A DNA stretch of 62,969 nucleotides, filler included. It is 8 parts of 8 records of this genome, joined end to end, with 100 filler letters (N's around TTAATTAATTAA, not from the genome) between each part and the next. Parts side by side here need not be neighbours in the genome. Positions count along the whole stretch, not along the records: positions 37,167 to 46,913 come from SRR31156797_8048; positions 47,014 to 52,139 come from SRR31156797_8049; 6 more parts are not named here. One strand, written 5' to 3'. The notes below the pieces were generated by a model. It saw only the letters and a program-made list of their open reading frames with translations, did no database searches and was not told where the DNA came from. Position numbers and translations under genes: made by a program. Positions 38,345 through 49,270 of the stretch are shown piece after piece. Numbering within the stretch: position 1 is the stretch's first letter; the number at the start of each line of letters is the position of its first letter.

Positions 38345-39652
38345 ATGCCTATAATGGTTACTGCGGCAATATGCGCTGTTGTTCTTCTCCTGCTTATCAT
38401 CGGTGGTGTCCACATCTTTCTGGCTCTCGGCGTTTCAGGAACTCTTGGACTCCTATTGACAAAGGGGCCTAATGCACTGGCTCTCGCGGCAACGTCCTTT
38501 TTCGGGCAGCTGAACAGCTTTGAAATGATCGCATTGCCCTTGTTTATTCTCATGGGGCATGTTCTGGCCAAAACCCCCATCGGAAGGGATCTTTTTCACG
38601 CTGCCTCCAGATGGCTGAGCTGGCTGCCCGGGGGTTTGGCTATTGCTTCGGTAGGCGCTTGCACGGTTTTCGGCGCGGTCAGCGGGGTCAGCATTGCGGG
38701 CGTGGCCGCGGTCGGCGGATTGGCTGTGCCTGAAATGATGAATCGCGGGTACAGTAAAAGTCTGGCCTCGGGTTCAGTGGTTACCGCCGGCGCCCTGGCC
38801 ATGCTCATACCGCCAAGCGTTCCCTTTATTATTTATAGCGCCGTGACCGGAGAATCCGTGGCCCAGTTGTTTATCGGAGGAATTGTTCCGGGACTGGTCC
38901 TCGCTCTTTTACTTAGTGCGTTTATTTTTATCCGCGTCCTTGTCAGGCCCGAAGAAGCTCCTGACCGCGGTGAACTAAAATATTCCTGGAAGGATCGTTT
39001 TTCAAGTCTCGGTCGAATCTGGCACGCCGTTTTGCTGATAGTGCTGGTGTTGGGTTCTATCTACTCGGGCCTGGCCACGCCGACCGAAGCATCGGCCGTG
39101 GGCGCCGCTGGTGCGTTTTTAATTGCCGGGCTTGTTTATCGAATCCTGACGGTTAAAACCGTTTTGCAGATATTGAAGGAATCCCTGCGGGTCAGCGCGG
39201 CCATATTGATTATCATGGCCTGTGCAAAAATTTTCGGCGATTTTCTTAACATGGTCAGGGTGCCCCAGCAGCTTTCAGCCTATCTGCTCGGCTTGAACCT
39301 GCCCAACGAAGTAATTCTGTTGGTTATCATGGTCTTGCTTATCTGCCTGGGCATGTTCGTGGACGCCGTGTCCCTTATCGTGGTCACAACCCCCATTCTT
39401 TTGCCCCTGATAACCGGCATGGGATACGATCCGCTCTGGTACGGCATCATTCTGGTTATGAACCTGGAAATGGCTGTGGTCACGCCGCCTGTCGGATTGA
39501 ATCTCTACACCTTGCGAGGAGTTTGCCCGTTCCTCAAGATAGAGGAAATCATAAGGAGTTCGATCCCCTTTGTAATAATCCAGTTTGTCGGCTTGATCCT
39601 CTTCACTCTTTTCCCGGTTATCAGCCTTTGGCTGCCGAGGTTGGCGCAGTAA
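38345..39652 (+). CDS. dctM: TRAP transporter large permease DctM
   Basis: ALPLFILMG, LIPPS, ATPTEAS and VTPPVGLNL. Confidence 0.95.
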   Translation: MPIMVTAAICAVVLLLLIIGGVHIFLALGVSGTLGLLLTKGPNALALAATSFFGQLNSFEMIALPLFILMGHVLAKTPIGRDLFHAASRWLSWLPGGLAIASVGACTVFGAVSGVSIAGVAAVGGLAVPEMMNRGYSKSLASGSVVTAGALAMLIPPSVPFIIYSAVTGESVAQLFIGGIVPGLVLALLLSAFIFIRVLVRPEEAPDRGELKYSWKDRFSSLGRIWHAVLLIVLVLGSIYSGLATPTEASAVGAAGAFLIAGLVYRILTVKTVLQILKESLRVSAAILIIMACAKIFGDFLNMVRVPQQLSAYLLGLNLPNEVILLVIMVLLICLGMFVDAVSLIVVTTPILLPLITGMGYDPLWYGIILVMNLEMAVVTPPVGLNLYTLRGVCPFLKIEEIIRSSIPFVIIQFVGLILFTLFPVISLWLPRLAQ

Positions 39653-39653
39653 A

Positions 39654-40514
39654 ATGATTATTGATAAGAAAAACAATCCGATTCAATTAACGCCGGGCAA
39701 AACGGTTCTAAGCGTTGGAGTGTTTGACGCTCTGACCGCGCGCATTGCCGACCGGGCCGGCGTTCCTTCGATATATATAACCGGTTATGGCGCCGCGGCC
39801 GCCGTCCTGGGCGTTCCGGACATAGGCCTCATGTCCATGACCGAAATGGTTTCGCACGTCAGATATATATCATCCGCCGTTAATTGCCCTGTCATTGCGG
39901 ATGCGGATACGGGATACGGAGGTCCGGCCAATGTATGGCGGACCGTCAGGGAATATGAAAAAGCCGGCGTAAACGTTATCCAGCTTGAAGACCAGGAATG
40001 GCCGAAAAAATGCGGGCACATGGAAGGCAAACGCCTTGTGGGGCCGGAAGAAATGATTTCCAGGATAAGGACCGCTGTTTCAGCACGTCAAAGCGAGGAT
40101 TTTAAAATCATTGCTCGTACGGACGCCATTGCCGTGGAGGGTTTTTCAGCGGCCGTGGACAGGGCCGGCGCATATCTGGATGCCGGGGCTGACATTCTTT
40201 TTGTGGAAGCTCCCCAAAGTGAACAGCAAATGAAGGATATTCCCGGATTATTCAACGCCCCTTGCCTGGCCAACATGGTCGAAGGCGGTAAAACCCCGTA
40301 CAAATCCATCAGAGAATTGGAAGACATGGGATATGCCATAGCCATATTCCCTATTTCGACGCTACTGGCCGCGGTTCATACCGTGCGGAAAGTCGTCGAT
40401 ACACTCAATAGTCATGGGACGGCCGCCGACATGGCCGACAGCATGATCGACTTTTCAACCTTTAACAAGTTAATCGGCCTTGAAGATTATTTAGCCCTGG
40501 AAAAGGTTCAATAA
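39654..40514 (+). CDS. Isocitrate lyase/PEP mutase family lyase (PrpB/2,3-dimethylmalate lyase-like)
   Basis: DADTGYG, EDQEWPKKCGH, IARTDA and NMVEGGKTP. Confidence 0.9.
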   Translation: MIIDKKNNPIQLTPGKTVLSVGVFDALTARIADRAGVPSIYITGYGAAAAVLGVPDIGLMSMTEMVSHVRYISSAVNCPVIADADTGYGGPANVWRTVREYEKAGVNVIQLEDQEWPKKCGHMEGKRLVGPEEMISRIRTAVSARQSEDFKIIARTDAIAVEGFSAAVDRAGAYLDAGADILFVEAPQSEQQMKDIPGLFNAPCLANMVEGGKTPYKSIRELEDMGYAIAIFPISTLLAAVHTVRKVVDTLNSHGTAADMADSMIDFSTFNKLIGLEDYLALEKVQ

Positions 40515-40526
40515 GGAGGATGCAGC

Positions 40527-41579
40527 ATGAAAAGAAACGGAATTAACAGACGCGATTTTATTAAGGCTACTGGAATAGGCTGCGGCGCCCTGGCCATGAG
40601 CGGCCCGGTTGGTTTTCTGGCAAAAGGCGCTTTTGCCGCGGACGCCTATACGGGCGTCACCTACCTGACGCCCGCCTACAAAGCCCTTATGTGGGGAATA
40701 AACGGCTTTAACAAGAAACTGCAGGAAGTTGCCGGAGACGCCTTTAAAGTGGACTTCTACGATTCAGGCACCTTGATGAAAGCCGATGAACAAAATGCGG
40801 CTCTTCGGGCCGGCACTATCCAGTACATGTTCCACACCAGTTCTTACATCACAAGGTCATTTAAAATTCTCGGCATTACCGGTCTGCCCAGCCTGGTGGA
40901 ACAGCTTTATGAACACGGCGACAGGATCAATATGGAATCTCCGTTGTGGAAGTTCCTCAACGACCGTTTGGCCAAGGAAAACATTTTCATGCTTACAGCG
41001 GGAGGCGGAGTTCTCGAACCCGAGTATATTTGGAGCGGCGCCAAAAAAATAGGCTCGCTTAATGATTTGAAGGGCAAAAAATGCCGCATTGTCAGCTACG
41101 AAGCGACCGAAGCTCTGAAGAAATTCGGCGCGGCCGGGGTAAGGATTCCGTCGTCGGAAACATACCTGGCCCTGCAGCGCGGAACGGTTGACGGCGCCGT
41201 GGCTAACATATCGACTATTGTGGGGCGCAGACTCTACGAACAGATTAAATATTGCTACGAGCTTCCGGTGGCCGGCTTTACGATTTCCATTTTTCTGCTT
41301 AAGGATAAATGGGACAAATTGGATGACAAAACAAAAGCCGCGTTTTGGGAAGCGGCCCAGTGGTTTGACGCCAATTACGCCAAGACCGTCAATGAAAAAT
41401 TTTACAAGGAAGATTACTGGCCGATGTTGCAAAAGGCCGGTCTGGAAATAATAAAACCCAAAGCCGATGATCTGAAAACCTTTGACCAGGCCAGCCGCCC
41501 CGTTTGGGACTGGTGGAAAAAGGAAGTCGGCGAGGAATGGGGACAGAAAGCCATTGACCTCGCATTGGGCAAGGCATGA
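40527..41579 (+). CDS. dctP: TRAP substrate-binding protein DctP (Tat signal)
   Basis: NRRDFIK Tat motif, DLKGKKCR (conserved Arg) and YLALQRGTVDG. Confidence 0.9.
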   Translation: MKRNGINRRDFIKATGIGCGALAMSGPVGFLAKGAFAADAYTGVTYLTPAYKALMWGINGFNKKLQEVAGDAFKVDFYDSGTLMKADEQNAALRAGTIQYMFHTSSYITRSFKILGITGLPSLVEQLYEHGDRINMESPLWKFLNDRLAKENIFMLTAGGGVLEPEYIWSGAKKIGSLNDLKGKKCRIVSYEATEALKKFGAAGVRIPSSETYLALQRGTVDGAVANISTIVGRRLYEQIKYCYELPVAGFTISIFLLKDKWDKLDDKTKAAFWEAAQWFDANYAKTVNEKFYKEDYWPMLQKAGLEIIKPKADDLKTFDQASRPVWDWWKKEVGEEWGQKAIDLALGKA

Positions 41580-42091
41580 GTGAAGAAAAAAACATAATCG
41601 GTAAAAGCATCGGCCGGCTGTCCCGGGGACTTGGCTTCCTGGGCCAGTTGGCCCTGGCTTCCATGGTCATAACCATTTGTTATGATGTTCTGATGAGATA
41701 CGTACTCAAGGCTCCGACCAGTTGGAGCCTGGAAGTCAATACTTTTCTGGTTCTGTTTATTACGCTGATACCGGCCGGCGACGTATTGGCCAACGACTCT
41801 CATCTGCGCATCACATTCTTTATCGATAAACTGCCGCTCAAGTTAAGAAAACTGCTCAACTGGACGACCTGTACGCTAGGTTGTCTTTTTGGCGCGGTTA
41901 TGATCTGGAAAGGATGGAGCATGGCCGCTCTGGCTTTCCGTTATGACGAGCGTATGTCCACGCCGTTGGGAACTCCCATGTTCATTCCGTACCTCTTCAT
42001 TCCTATCGGTTTTGGTGTACTGTTACTACAGTACCTGGTCAGATTCAGGAATAAGCAGGACGAGGAAGCTGATTCGTCCGCGGAGGTATAG
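41576..42091 (+). CDS. dctQ: TRAP small permease DctQ
   Basis: YDVLMRY...PTSWSLEV, HLRI and four TMs. Confidence 0.92.
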   Translation: MSEEKNIIGKSIGRLSRGLGFLGQLALASMVITICYDVLMRYVLKAPTSWSLEVNTFLVLFITLIPAGDVLANDSHLRITFFIDKLPLKLRKLLNWTTCTLGCLFGAVMIWKGWSMAALAFRYDERMSTPLGTPMFIPYLFIPIGFGVLLLQYLVRFRNKQDEEADSSAEV

Positions 42092-42097
42092 GTTAGT

Positions 42098-42844
42098 TTG
42101 GAAAAGTATAAAGGCGTACCCCTTTATTTGCAGGTCGCGGAAACGATCAGGGGGCGTATTTTAGACAATTATTATCAACCGGGCGAGTTGATCCCGCCGG
42201 TGCGCGAACTGGAAATCGAATTTGAAGTCAGCAACATTACGGTTCGCAAAGCTCTGGACTTGTTGAACAAGGAGGGGCTCCTCGAATCACGGCAGGGCGT
42301 GGGCGCCAGGGTGGCTGAGAGGCTCAACGACCTTGTTCATATTCAGATAACGGGCAATTTCAGGGAATGGCTGGATTCTGCTTCGGGCCGCACGCCCAGA
42401 TTGGAAGCCCACGTACTCGAAACATGTTTTACTCAGGGGCCTAAAAGGGTGCATGAACTCCTGGGCTTGCCTGTTGATAAAGAAATTTTTCGGATGAAGA
42501 GGGTTCGAAAACTCAAGGGACAGTCCGTCTCATACTACGTCAATTACTGCGGGCTCGAAGAATGCCGTAATCTGAATATCAGTGAAGTTGAAAAACGAAG
42601 CTTTATAGAGGTTTTTCAGGAAACATGCGGCATCCGGCTAAGGCGTATCGAACAACGGGTCCAAGCCATCACCGCGGACATAGATTTGTCGACAATCCTG
42701 AAAACCGAATTCGGCGCCCCGCTTTTTTTTGCGGAAAACGCATATTATGCGGAAGGAGCCGATCCCGTGCAGCTTACCCAGATGTATTATCGCGGAGACC
42801 GTTATGTTTATTCGGCCTCCATACAAATGACCGAGTCCGGCTGA
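42098..42844 (+). CDS. GntR/HutC-family regulator with UTRA domain
   Basis: PLYLQVAE...ITVRKAL...QGVGA and C-terminal YRGDRY. Confidence 0.92.
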   Translation: MEKYKGVPLYLQVAETIRGRILDNYYQPGELIPPVRELEIEFEVSNITVRKALDLLNKEGLLESRQGVGARVAERLNDLVHIQITGNFREWLDSASGRTPRLEAHVLETCFTQGPKRVHELLGLPVDKEIFRMKRVRKLKGQSVSYYVNYCGLEECRNLNISEVEKRSFIEVFQETCGIRLRRIEQRVQAITADIDLSTILKTEFGAPLFFAENAYYAEGADPVQLTQMYYRGDRYVYSASIQMTESG

Positions 42845-42910
42845 ACGGCGGAAAATTACAGAAGGATAACACATTTTACATATAGTGGTTAAGCATATGG
42901 AGGTATTAAT

Positions 42911-44170
42911 ATGCCCATGACATTTAGTGAAAAAGTATTGGCCGATCATGCCGGATTGGAAGAAGTTCGGGCCGGACAGCTGATAGAAGCACGGCTCGAT
43001 TTTGTTTTTTCCAATGATATCACGGCCCCTCTGGCTATCAAGGTTTTCAGGGAGGCCGGTGGTGAAAAGGTTTTTGATCCGGAAAGAGTGGGGTTGATCC
43101 CGGACCATTTCGTTCCTAATAAGGACATTAGCTCAGCCATTCAGGCCAAGATGCTTCGCGACTTCGCCAAGGAACAGAATCTGCCTTACTATTTTGAAGT
43201 CGGGCGCATGGGCATAGAACACGCACTTCTGCCCGAGCAGGGTCTTGTCCTGCCCGGAGACGTTATCATCGGCGCAGACAGCCATACTTGCACTTACGGA
43301 GCATTGGGAGCTTTTTCCACGGGCGTCGGTTCGACGGATCTTGGGGCGGCCATGTACACCGGTAATACCTGGTTCAAGGTTCCGGAAACCATGAAATTCG
43401 TTTTTAACGGAGTTCTTAAGCCCTGGGTGAGCGGTAAGGACCTTATCCTTTATACTATTGGTCAGATAGGCGTTGACGGCGCCAGGTACAAAGCCATGGA
43501 ATTTTCCGGTCCGGTTATCGACAACCTTTCCATGGCCGGACGTTTTACCATGTCAAATATGGCTATCGAAGCAGGCGCCAAAGTCGGCATTATCCCCCCT
43601 GACAGCGTTACCGAAGAATATGTAAGCAAACGCGCCAAAAGATCTTATAAATTCGTTCATCCCGATGAAGACGCTGTATATGAATCAGTTTACGAGTGGG
43701 ACGTCACCGATATGGAACCCCAGATCGCCTGTCCGCACAGTCCTGAAAACGTGAAGCCTGTAGGCGAACTTGCCGGCGTGGAAGTGGATCAGGCGGTTAT
43801 CGGTTCCTGCACCAACGGCAGACTGGAAGACCTGCGCATAGCCGCCAAGGTGCTGAAAGGTAAAAAAGTCGCCGATAATATGCGATGTATTGTTATCCCG
43901 GCCACGCAAAGGATTTACAGGCAGGCCATGGATGAAGGGCTCATTGAAACATTCCTGGAAGCGGAAGCCATTGTCAGCACTCCCACCTGCGGGCCCTGTC
44001 TGGGCGGGTACATGGGAATACTGGCGCCGGGCGAGCGCGCCATCGCCACCACCAACCGTAATTTTGTCGGACGCATGGGCCATGTTGAAAGCGAAGTATA
44101 TCTTGGCTCGCCGGCCGTGGCCGCGGCAAGCGCCGTTTTGGGACGTATTGCCCATCCGGACGAAGTTTAA
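42911..44170 (+). CDS. leuC: 3-isopropylmalate dehydratase large subunit (LeuC type 2/DmdA-like)
   Basis: [22 protein letters not shown] and TNRNF. Confidence 0.9.
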   Translation: MPMTFSEKVLADHAGLEEVRAGQLIEARLDFVFSNDITAPLAIKVFREAGGEKVFDPERVGLIPDHFVPNKDISSAIQAKMLRDFAKEQNLPYYFEVGRMGIEHALLPEQGLVLPGDVIIGADSHTCTYGALGAFSTGVGSTDLGAAMYTGNTWFKVPETMKFVFNGVLKPWVSGKDLILYTIGQIGVDGARYKAMEFSGPVIDNLSMAGRFTMSNMAIEAGAKVGIIPPDSVTEEYVSKRAKRSYKFVHPDEDAVYESVYEWDVTDMEPQIACPHSPENVKPVGELAGVEVDQAVIGSCTNGRLEDLRIAAKVLKGKKVADNMRCIVIPATQRIYRQAMDEGLIETFLEAEAIVSTPTCGPCLGGYMGILAPGERAIATTNRNFVGRMGHVESEVYLGSPAVAAASAVLGRIAHPDEV

Positions 44171-44193
44171 AAGAAAAAGCTGGGGAGCAAGTC

Positions 44194-44685
44194 ATGGATA
44201 TTCAAGGAAAAGCATGGAAATTCGGTGATGACATAGATACTGACGCCATTATACCGGCCCGTTATCTAAGCACTTCCGATCCCGACGAACTGGCCGCGCA
44301 TTGCATGGAGGACGCCGACGCCGAGTTTGTCAATAAACTCAAAAAAGGCGACCTTATTGTGGCCGGTAAGAACTTCGGCTGCGGTTCTTCCAGGGAACAC
44401 GCGCCCATTTCCATAAAATACGCCGGAGTAGCCGCGGTGATAGCCGATTCGTTCGCCCGTATATTTTATCGTAACGCCTTTAACATGGGCCTTCCCATTC
44501 TGGAATCCCCGGAAGCTTCAGTGGATATAGAAGCGGGCGATGAGCTGGAGGTTGATCTGGCCAAGGGGCTGATTTTCAACAAGACCAAAGATAAGACCTA
44601 CCTGGCCCAGCCCACGCCGCCTTTTATGCAGGAACTCATCGAAGCAGGCGGACTCGTTCAATACGTAAGGAAAAAAAAGAAATAA
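44194..44685 (+). CDS. leuD: 3-isopropylmalate dehydratase small subunit
   Basis: DIDTDAIIP, NFGCGSSREHA and SFARIFYRN. Confidence 0.92.
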   Translation: MDIQGKAWKFGDDIDTDAIIPARYLSTSDPDELAAHCMEDADAEFVNKLKKGDLIVAGKNFGCGSSREHAPISIKYAGVAAVIADSFARIFYRNAFNMGLPILESPEASVDIEAGDELEVDLAKGLIFNKTKDKTYLAQPTPPFMQELIEAGGLVQYVRKKKK

Positions 44686-44718
44686 ACGGAGGTATCGGCG
44701 TATTAGCCGTATAAAAAA

Positions 44719-45792
44719 ATGTCAGCAGAAAAATTTTACAAAATAGCGGTAATGCCCGGGGACGGCACAGGCCCCGAAGTAGTTGCGGAAGGCGTCAAAG
44801 CTTTGAAAGCGGTCGCGGCCGTCGAAAATATCAAGCTCGAATTGGTGGACTACGATTTGGGCGGCGACCGGTACCTGAAAACAGGGGAAATCCTGCCTGA
44901 TGGCATAGTCGATGAACTGAGCAAGTTCAACGCCATTCTTCTCGGCGCCATCGGCCACCCCGATGTAAAACCAGGCATTCTGGAAAAAGGCCTTCTTTTG
45001 GAACTCAGGTTCACTTTGGATCAGTACATTAATTTGAGGCCGGTTGTTTTATATCCTGGAGTGGATACTCCTCTCAAGGATAAAGGACCCGAGGACATAG
45101 ACTTTGTGGTTGTCCGCGAGAACACCGAAGGTTTGTATGCGGGCGCGGGCGGCGTCCTGAAAAAAGGCACGCCGCACGAAGTCGCGGTTCAGGAATCCAT
45201 TAATACACGGATGGGCGTAGAGCGCACGATCCGCTATGCTTTTGAATACTGCCGCCGCCGTAACAAAGGCAAAAAGGTGACTCTGTGCGGAAAAACGAAC
45301 GTTCTCACCTATGCCTTCGACTTGTGGGAAAGGGTTTTTCACGAAGTCGCCGCGGAATACCCCGACATCGAGACGGATTATGCCCACGTGGACGCAATCT
45401 GTATGTGGATGATTAAAAACCCCGAATGGTTCGACGTGATCGTGACGGATAATATGTTCGGCGATATCATCACCGATATCGGCGCCATTATCCAGGGCGG
45501 TCTCGGGATCGCGGCCGGCGGAAACATCAACCCGGAAAAGGTTTCCATGTTCGAGCCGATAGGCGGCTCGGCGCCCAAATATACAGGTCAGAACATAATC
45601 AATCCTTTGGCCTGCATCGGCGCCGTCCAGATGATGCTGGACAGCCTTGGAGAGAGCAGGGCGGCTGCTAACGTCGAACAGGCCATAAGAAAAGTAGTGG
45701 CCAACGATATTAAGAGCCTGGCCTCGGGGCAAATGGGGCTCTCGACCAGCGAAGTCGGAGACCTTATTTGCAATTACATTACAAACGATTGA
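44719..45792 (+). CDS. leuB: 3-isopropylmalate dehydrogenase
   Basis: PGDGTGPEV, RENTEG, NMFGDIITD and FEPIGGSAP. Confidence 0.9.
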   Translation: MSAEKFYKIAVMPGDGTGPEVVAEGVKALKAVAAVENIKLELVDYDLGGDRYLKTGEILPDGIVDELSKFNAILLGAIGHPDVKPGILEKGLLLELRFTLDQYINLRPVVLYPGVDTPLKDKGPEDIDFVVVRENTEGLYAGAGGVLKKGTPHEVAVQESINTRMGVERTIRYAFEYCRRRNKGKKVTLCGKTNVLTYAFDLWERVFHEVAAEYPDIETDYAHVDAICMWMIKNPEWFDVIVTDNMFGDIITDIGAIIQGGLGIAAGGNINPEKVSMFEPIGGSAPKYTGQNIINPLACIGAVQMMLDSLGESRAAANVEQAIRKVVANDIKSLASGQMGLSTSEVGDLICNYITND

Positions 45793-45799
45793 CGGTAAT

Positions 45800-45828
45800 A
45801 AAAACCCCCGCGTTAAACGGGGGTTTTT
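45800..45828 (+). terminator. Rho-independent terminator
   Basis: AAAAACCCCCG-CGTTAAA-CGGGGGTTTTT. Confidence 0.8.
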
Positions 45829-45935
45829 GTTTATATATGCCAATAGATATAATGACTTGCCGGAGATTTTATAGATCCGACGAGCCGCGAACTGATGCCA
45901 GTATTATTTAATCTTTTAACTGAGGAGATTAAAAA

Positions 45936-46874
45936 ATGAATGATCAGATTGAAGTTAAAATTCGTGAGGTCGCCCCTCGCGACGGCTTTCAGTCGTGGCC
46001 GGATTTCATTCCGACCGAAACAAAATTGAAAGTAATAAACGCTGTTATTGCCGCTGGAATTAAAAATATTGAGACAACTTCTTTCGTCAGTCCCAAGGCC
46101 ATTCCGCAGATGAAGGATGCTTCCGAATTAATGGCGCTCGCGCCGCGAAACGGCATCCGGCATTCAGCGCTTGTTCCCAATCTCAAGGGCGCTCAACTTG
46201 CGGCCAAGGCAGGCGTTGACGACTTGGTGGTTGTGATCTCCGCCAGCGACGAACACAACAAGGCCAATGTACGCCGCAGTATTGATGAATCGGTGGCCGA
46301 TCTGGATGATATATTCGGGATAGCCCGCGAAAATAATATCACCATAAGCGGCACCATTGCCGTGGCTTTTGGATGTCCTTATCTGGGCGACGTGCCGATT
46401 GATTCCGTCCTGCGACTCGCTGACGAATACACGTCCAGGGGCGCCGAAGCCCTCATTCTGGGAGACACAACAGGCATGGCCACGCCGCCTCGAGCCGAAA
46501 ATATGGCCCGGGCGCTGCTGGAAAGGTATCCCGGAAAAGACATCTGCTTTCATTTTCATAACAACCGGGGCACGGCCATGGCCAGCCTCTATGCTTCCCT
46601 GCAGGCGGGAATCAGAACATTTGACACTTCACTCGGCGGCATTGGCGGATGCCCAAATGTTCCGCAGGCGGCCGGCAATCTTCCGACCGAGGATGTCGTT
46701 TACATGTTGGAAGACATGGGCGTGAAGACGTCGATTGATCTGAAAGCGGTTATTGAAGCAGCCTTGCTTCTGGAAAAAGAACTGGGGCGCGTGTTGCCCG
46801 GACAAGTAATGAAAAGCGGTCCGCGTCTGCCCGAAGAAATCGACGGCCTTCGCGGAAACTGCGGAATCGGCTAG
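45936..46874 (+). CDS. HMG-CoA lyase family protein
   Basis: EVAPRDGFQ, SFVSPKAIPQM, HFHN and GGCP...GN. Confidence 0.9.
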   Translation: MNDQIEVKIREVAPRDGFQSWPDFIPTETKLKVINAVIAAGIKNIETTSFVSPKAIPQMKDASELMALAPRNGIRHSALVPNLKGAQLAAKAGVDDLVVVISASDEHNKANVRRSIDESVADLDDIFGIARENNITISGTIAVAFGCPYLGDVPIDSVLRLADEYTSRGAEALILGDTTGMATPPRAENMARALLERYPGKDICFHFHNNRGTAMASLYASLQAGIRTFDTSLGGIGGCPNVPQAAGNLPTEDVVYMLEDMGVKTSIDLKAVIEAALLLEKELGRVLPGQVMKSGPRLPEEIDGLRGNCGIG

Positions 46875-46894
46875 TGTGAGGGAGGATTATTAAT

Positions 46895-46913
46895 ATGCCG
46901 TTAAAAGGGATTA
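46895..46913 (+). CDS. Start of a possible class III CoA-transferase (CaiB/BaiF), truncated
   Basis: GGAGG RBS followed by MPLKGI, the typical CaiB-family N-terminus. Only six codons are visible. Confidence 0.4.
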
Positions 46914-47013
46914 NNNNNNNNNNNNNNNNNNNNNNNNNNNNNNNNNNNNNNNNNNNNTTAATTAATTAANNNNNNNNNNNNNNNNNNNNNNNNNNNNNNN
47001 NNNNNNNNNNNNN

Positions 47014-47653
47014 GTCCCAGATCAATCCCCATTTTCTGTACAACACGCTGGAACAGATGAGATCCAGGGCCCTGCGGACGGGGGACGCCGAACTGGGCAG
47101 GATGATCACCCTCCTGGGAGAGCTCTTCCGATGGAGCTCCCGGAGCGGCGAGGCCATCGTCCGCATCGAGGACGAGCTGGAGCATACCTCCGCCTATCTT
47201 GAGATTCAGACCCTCCGTCTGGGTGACGCTCTGACGGTGGAGACGGATATGGACGATTCCATACTGGATGCGGGGATTCCCAAGATGATCCTCCAGCCCC
47301 TGGTGGAGAACGCCGTCACCCACGGCATCGAGGGACGCAGCAGCAGGGGGAGGATCCTGATGGAGGGCTGCAGGGAGGGAGAGGATATCCTCATCCTCAT
47401 TTCGGACAACGGAAAGGGAATGGACGATTGCCGGATCGAGGAGTATCTGGATCCGGAACGGGAGCTGGGGACCAAGACGGGCGGCTCCATCGGAATCAGC
47501 AATGTGAACCAGAGGCTCTCCCTCCTGTTCGGCAAGGAGTACTCCCTGAGCATGGAAAGCCGGCGTGACGAGGGGACCCGGGTGACCGTCCGGATTCCCA
47601 GGATGAATTTGACGAGGATGAGGGCCTATGTACAGAGTCGTTCTGACAGATGA
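47014..47653 (+). CDS. YesM-type sensor histidine kinase, 5' truncated
   Basis: SQINPHFLYNTL, LQPLVENA, DNGKG and IGISNV. Confidence 0.92.
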
Positions 47654-49163
47654 CGAGCAGAGTATTCTGGAGGGACTGAAGTATCTGATCGAATGGGAGG
47701 ATCTCCATCTGCGCATCGTCCACTGCGCCCAAAACGCCGAAGAGGCGCTGCAGTGGATGGAGGATCACGGGGCGGATATCCTTATTACCGATATCAAGAT
47801 GCCCGGCCTGGGCGGAATCGAGCTGATCCGCAGGGCACGCGCCGGGAGCCCCTCCCTCCGCTGTCTGGTGTTGAGCGGCTACGATGACTTCGCCCTTGTC
47901 CGCGAGGCCATGCGCTGCGGCGCCGAGAACTACCTCCTGAAGCCTGTTGAGCAGGAGGAATTCCAGCAGAACCTGAAGGAGATCGTCCTGAGCCTGGATG
48001 CCCCTCCCGCCGGGAGCGACTCTCCCGACGAGGGGCAGAGGCTGCTTCTGAACAATCTGATGAACCGGATGGTACGCAACGATATCAGTCTCAAGGAGTT
48101 CCGGAGGAAGATGGAGTTCCTTCAGATCGATATCTACGACAGGGCTTTCCAGATCATAGTCTTCTCCCGGTTTCCCTGGATCGCGGCGGAGACGGCGCAG
48201 GATCTGAAGCTGTTCAGGAAGATATGCGAAATGGTAGGAAATGCCGATCGGGGACTGGTCTTTCAGGACTCCCGGGGGCGGCCCGTTCTCCTTGCCTTCA
48301 TCAGGGAAGCGGAGGATCAGAGGGAGATCGAAAAGAGGGTAGGGGCTTTTCTGGAGGAGCATCACAGCAGCTGGTGCGCCGCGAGCGGAGGCATGGTCTC
48401 CTCGTATCGCGAGCTTTCCCTTTCCTACGATCAGGCCCTGGATGGAATCGCGGTTATCCGCTATCGCCCGGAAAGCGGGTTCCGGGCCTTTCAGGACCTT
48501 CACAAAGAGATCTCCCATCTGCAGCAGCGCTTCGAAGGCTTCCTGGAGGCGATGGCTCTTCCTTCCGGTTCCCCGGACGGGCAGGCACTTGTCCATAAGT
48601 ACTTCGGGGAGCTCTCGTCTTCAGAGGACGGGACGCTTCTGTGCGCCCTGGCCGTATCGAAAGCGATCGCCCGACTGGAGGATGAGCGCTCCGGTATTGA
48701 GGAAGCGGATGAGCTGATGGATTTGGCCCGCCTTGTGAGGGACAGGCGCTGCGTTCAGGCTCTGGAGAAGCTTCTCGTCCTGGAGCGGGACTGGATGAGG
48801 GAGGGCGGCGCTATGAACTACTCCCGGCTGGTCTCGTCTATGATCAGAAGGGTGGAGGAGGATTACCGGGATTACAACCTCTCCCTCAAGTCTCTGGCCT
48901 CCAGTCTGCACGTCAGCCCCGAGCATGCGGGGAGGGTCTTCAAGAAGGAAAGCGGAAGGTTCTTCAGCGATTATCTGAGCGAGATCAGGATCTCCCGCGC
49001 CTGTAAGATGCTGCTGAACACCTCCCTGCCTGCCAACGAGATCGCCCTGAAAACCGGATTTATGAACCAGAACTATTTCTATACGAAGTTTAAAAAACAC
49101 ACGGGGATGAATCCGGGGAGTTACAGGAAGGAGCGGGGCGGAGCAGCGGGGCCGTCCAGATGA
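47628..49163 (+). CDS. YesN-type response regulator (receiver + AraC HTH)
   Basis: DDE, TDIKMP, YLLKP and a C-terminal AraC HTH. Confidence 0.93.
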   Translation: MYRVVLTDDEQSILEGLKYLIEWEDLHLRIVHCAQNAEEALQWMEDHGADILITDIKMPGLGGIELIRRARAGSPSLRCLVLSGYDDFALVREAMRCGAENYLLKPVEQEEFQQNLKEIVLSLDAPPAGSDSPDEGQRLLLNNLMNRMVRNDISLKEFRRKMEFLQIDIYDRAFQIIVFSRFPWIAAETAQDLKLFRKICEMVGNADRGLVFQDSRGRPVLLAFIREAEDQREIEKRVGAFLEEHHSSWCAASGGMVSSYRELSLSYDQALDGIAVIRYRPESGFRAFQDLHKEISHLQQRFEGFLEAMALPSGSPDGQALVHKYFGELSSSEDGTLLCALAVSKAIARLEDERSGIEEADELMDLARLVRDRRCVQALEKLLVLERDWMREGGAMNYSRLVSSMIRRVEEDYRDYNLSLKSLASSLHVSPEHAGRVFKKESGRFFSDYLSEIRISRACKMLLNTSLPANEIALKTGFMNQNYFYTKFKKHTGMNPGSYRKERGGAAGPSR

Positions 49164-49270
49164 GGCCGGGAGATCATTATTTTGAAGAGAAGGTCTTTTT
49201 ATTAAATATTCTCATACCGGATTACCGGCTGTAGAATTAAATTATTCTAAACCTATAAAGGAGATATTTT

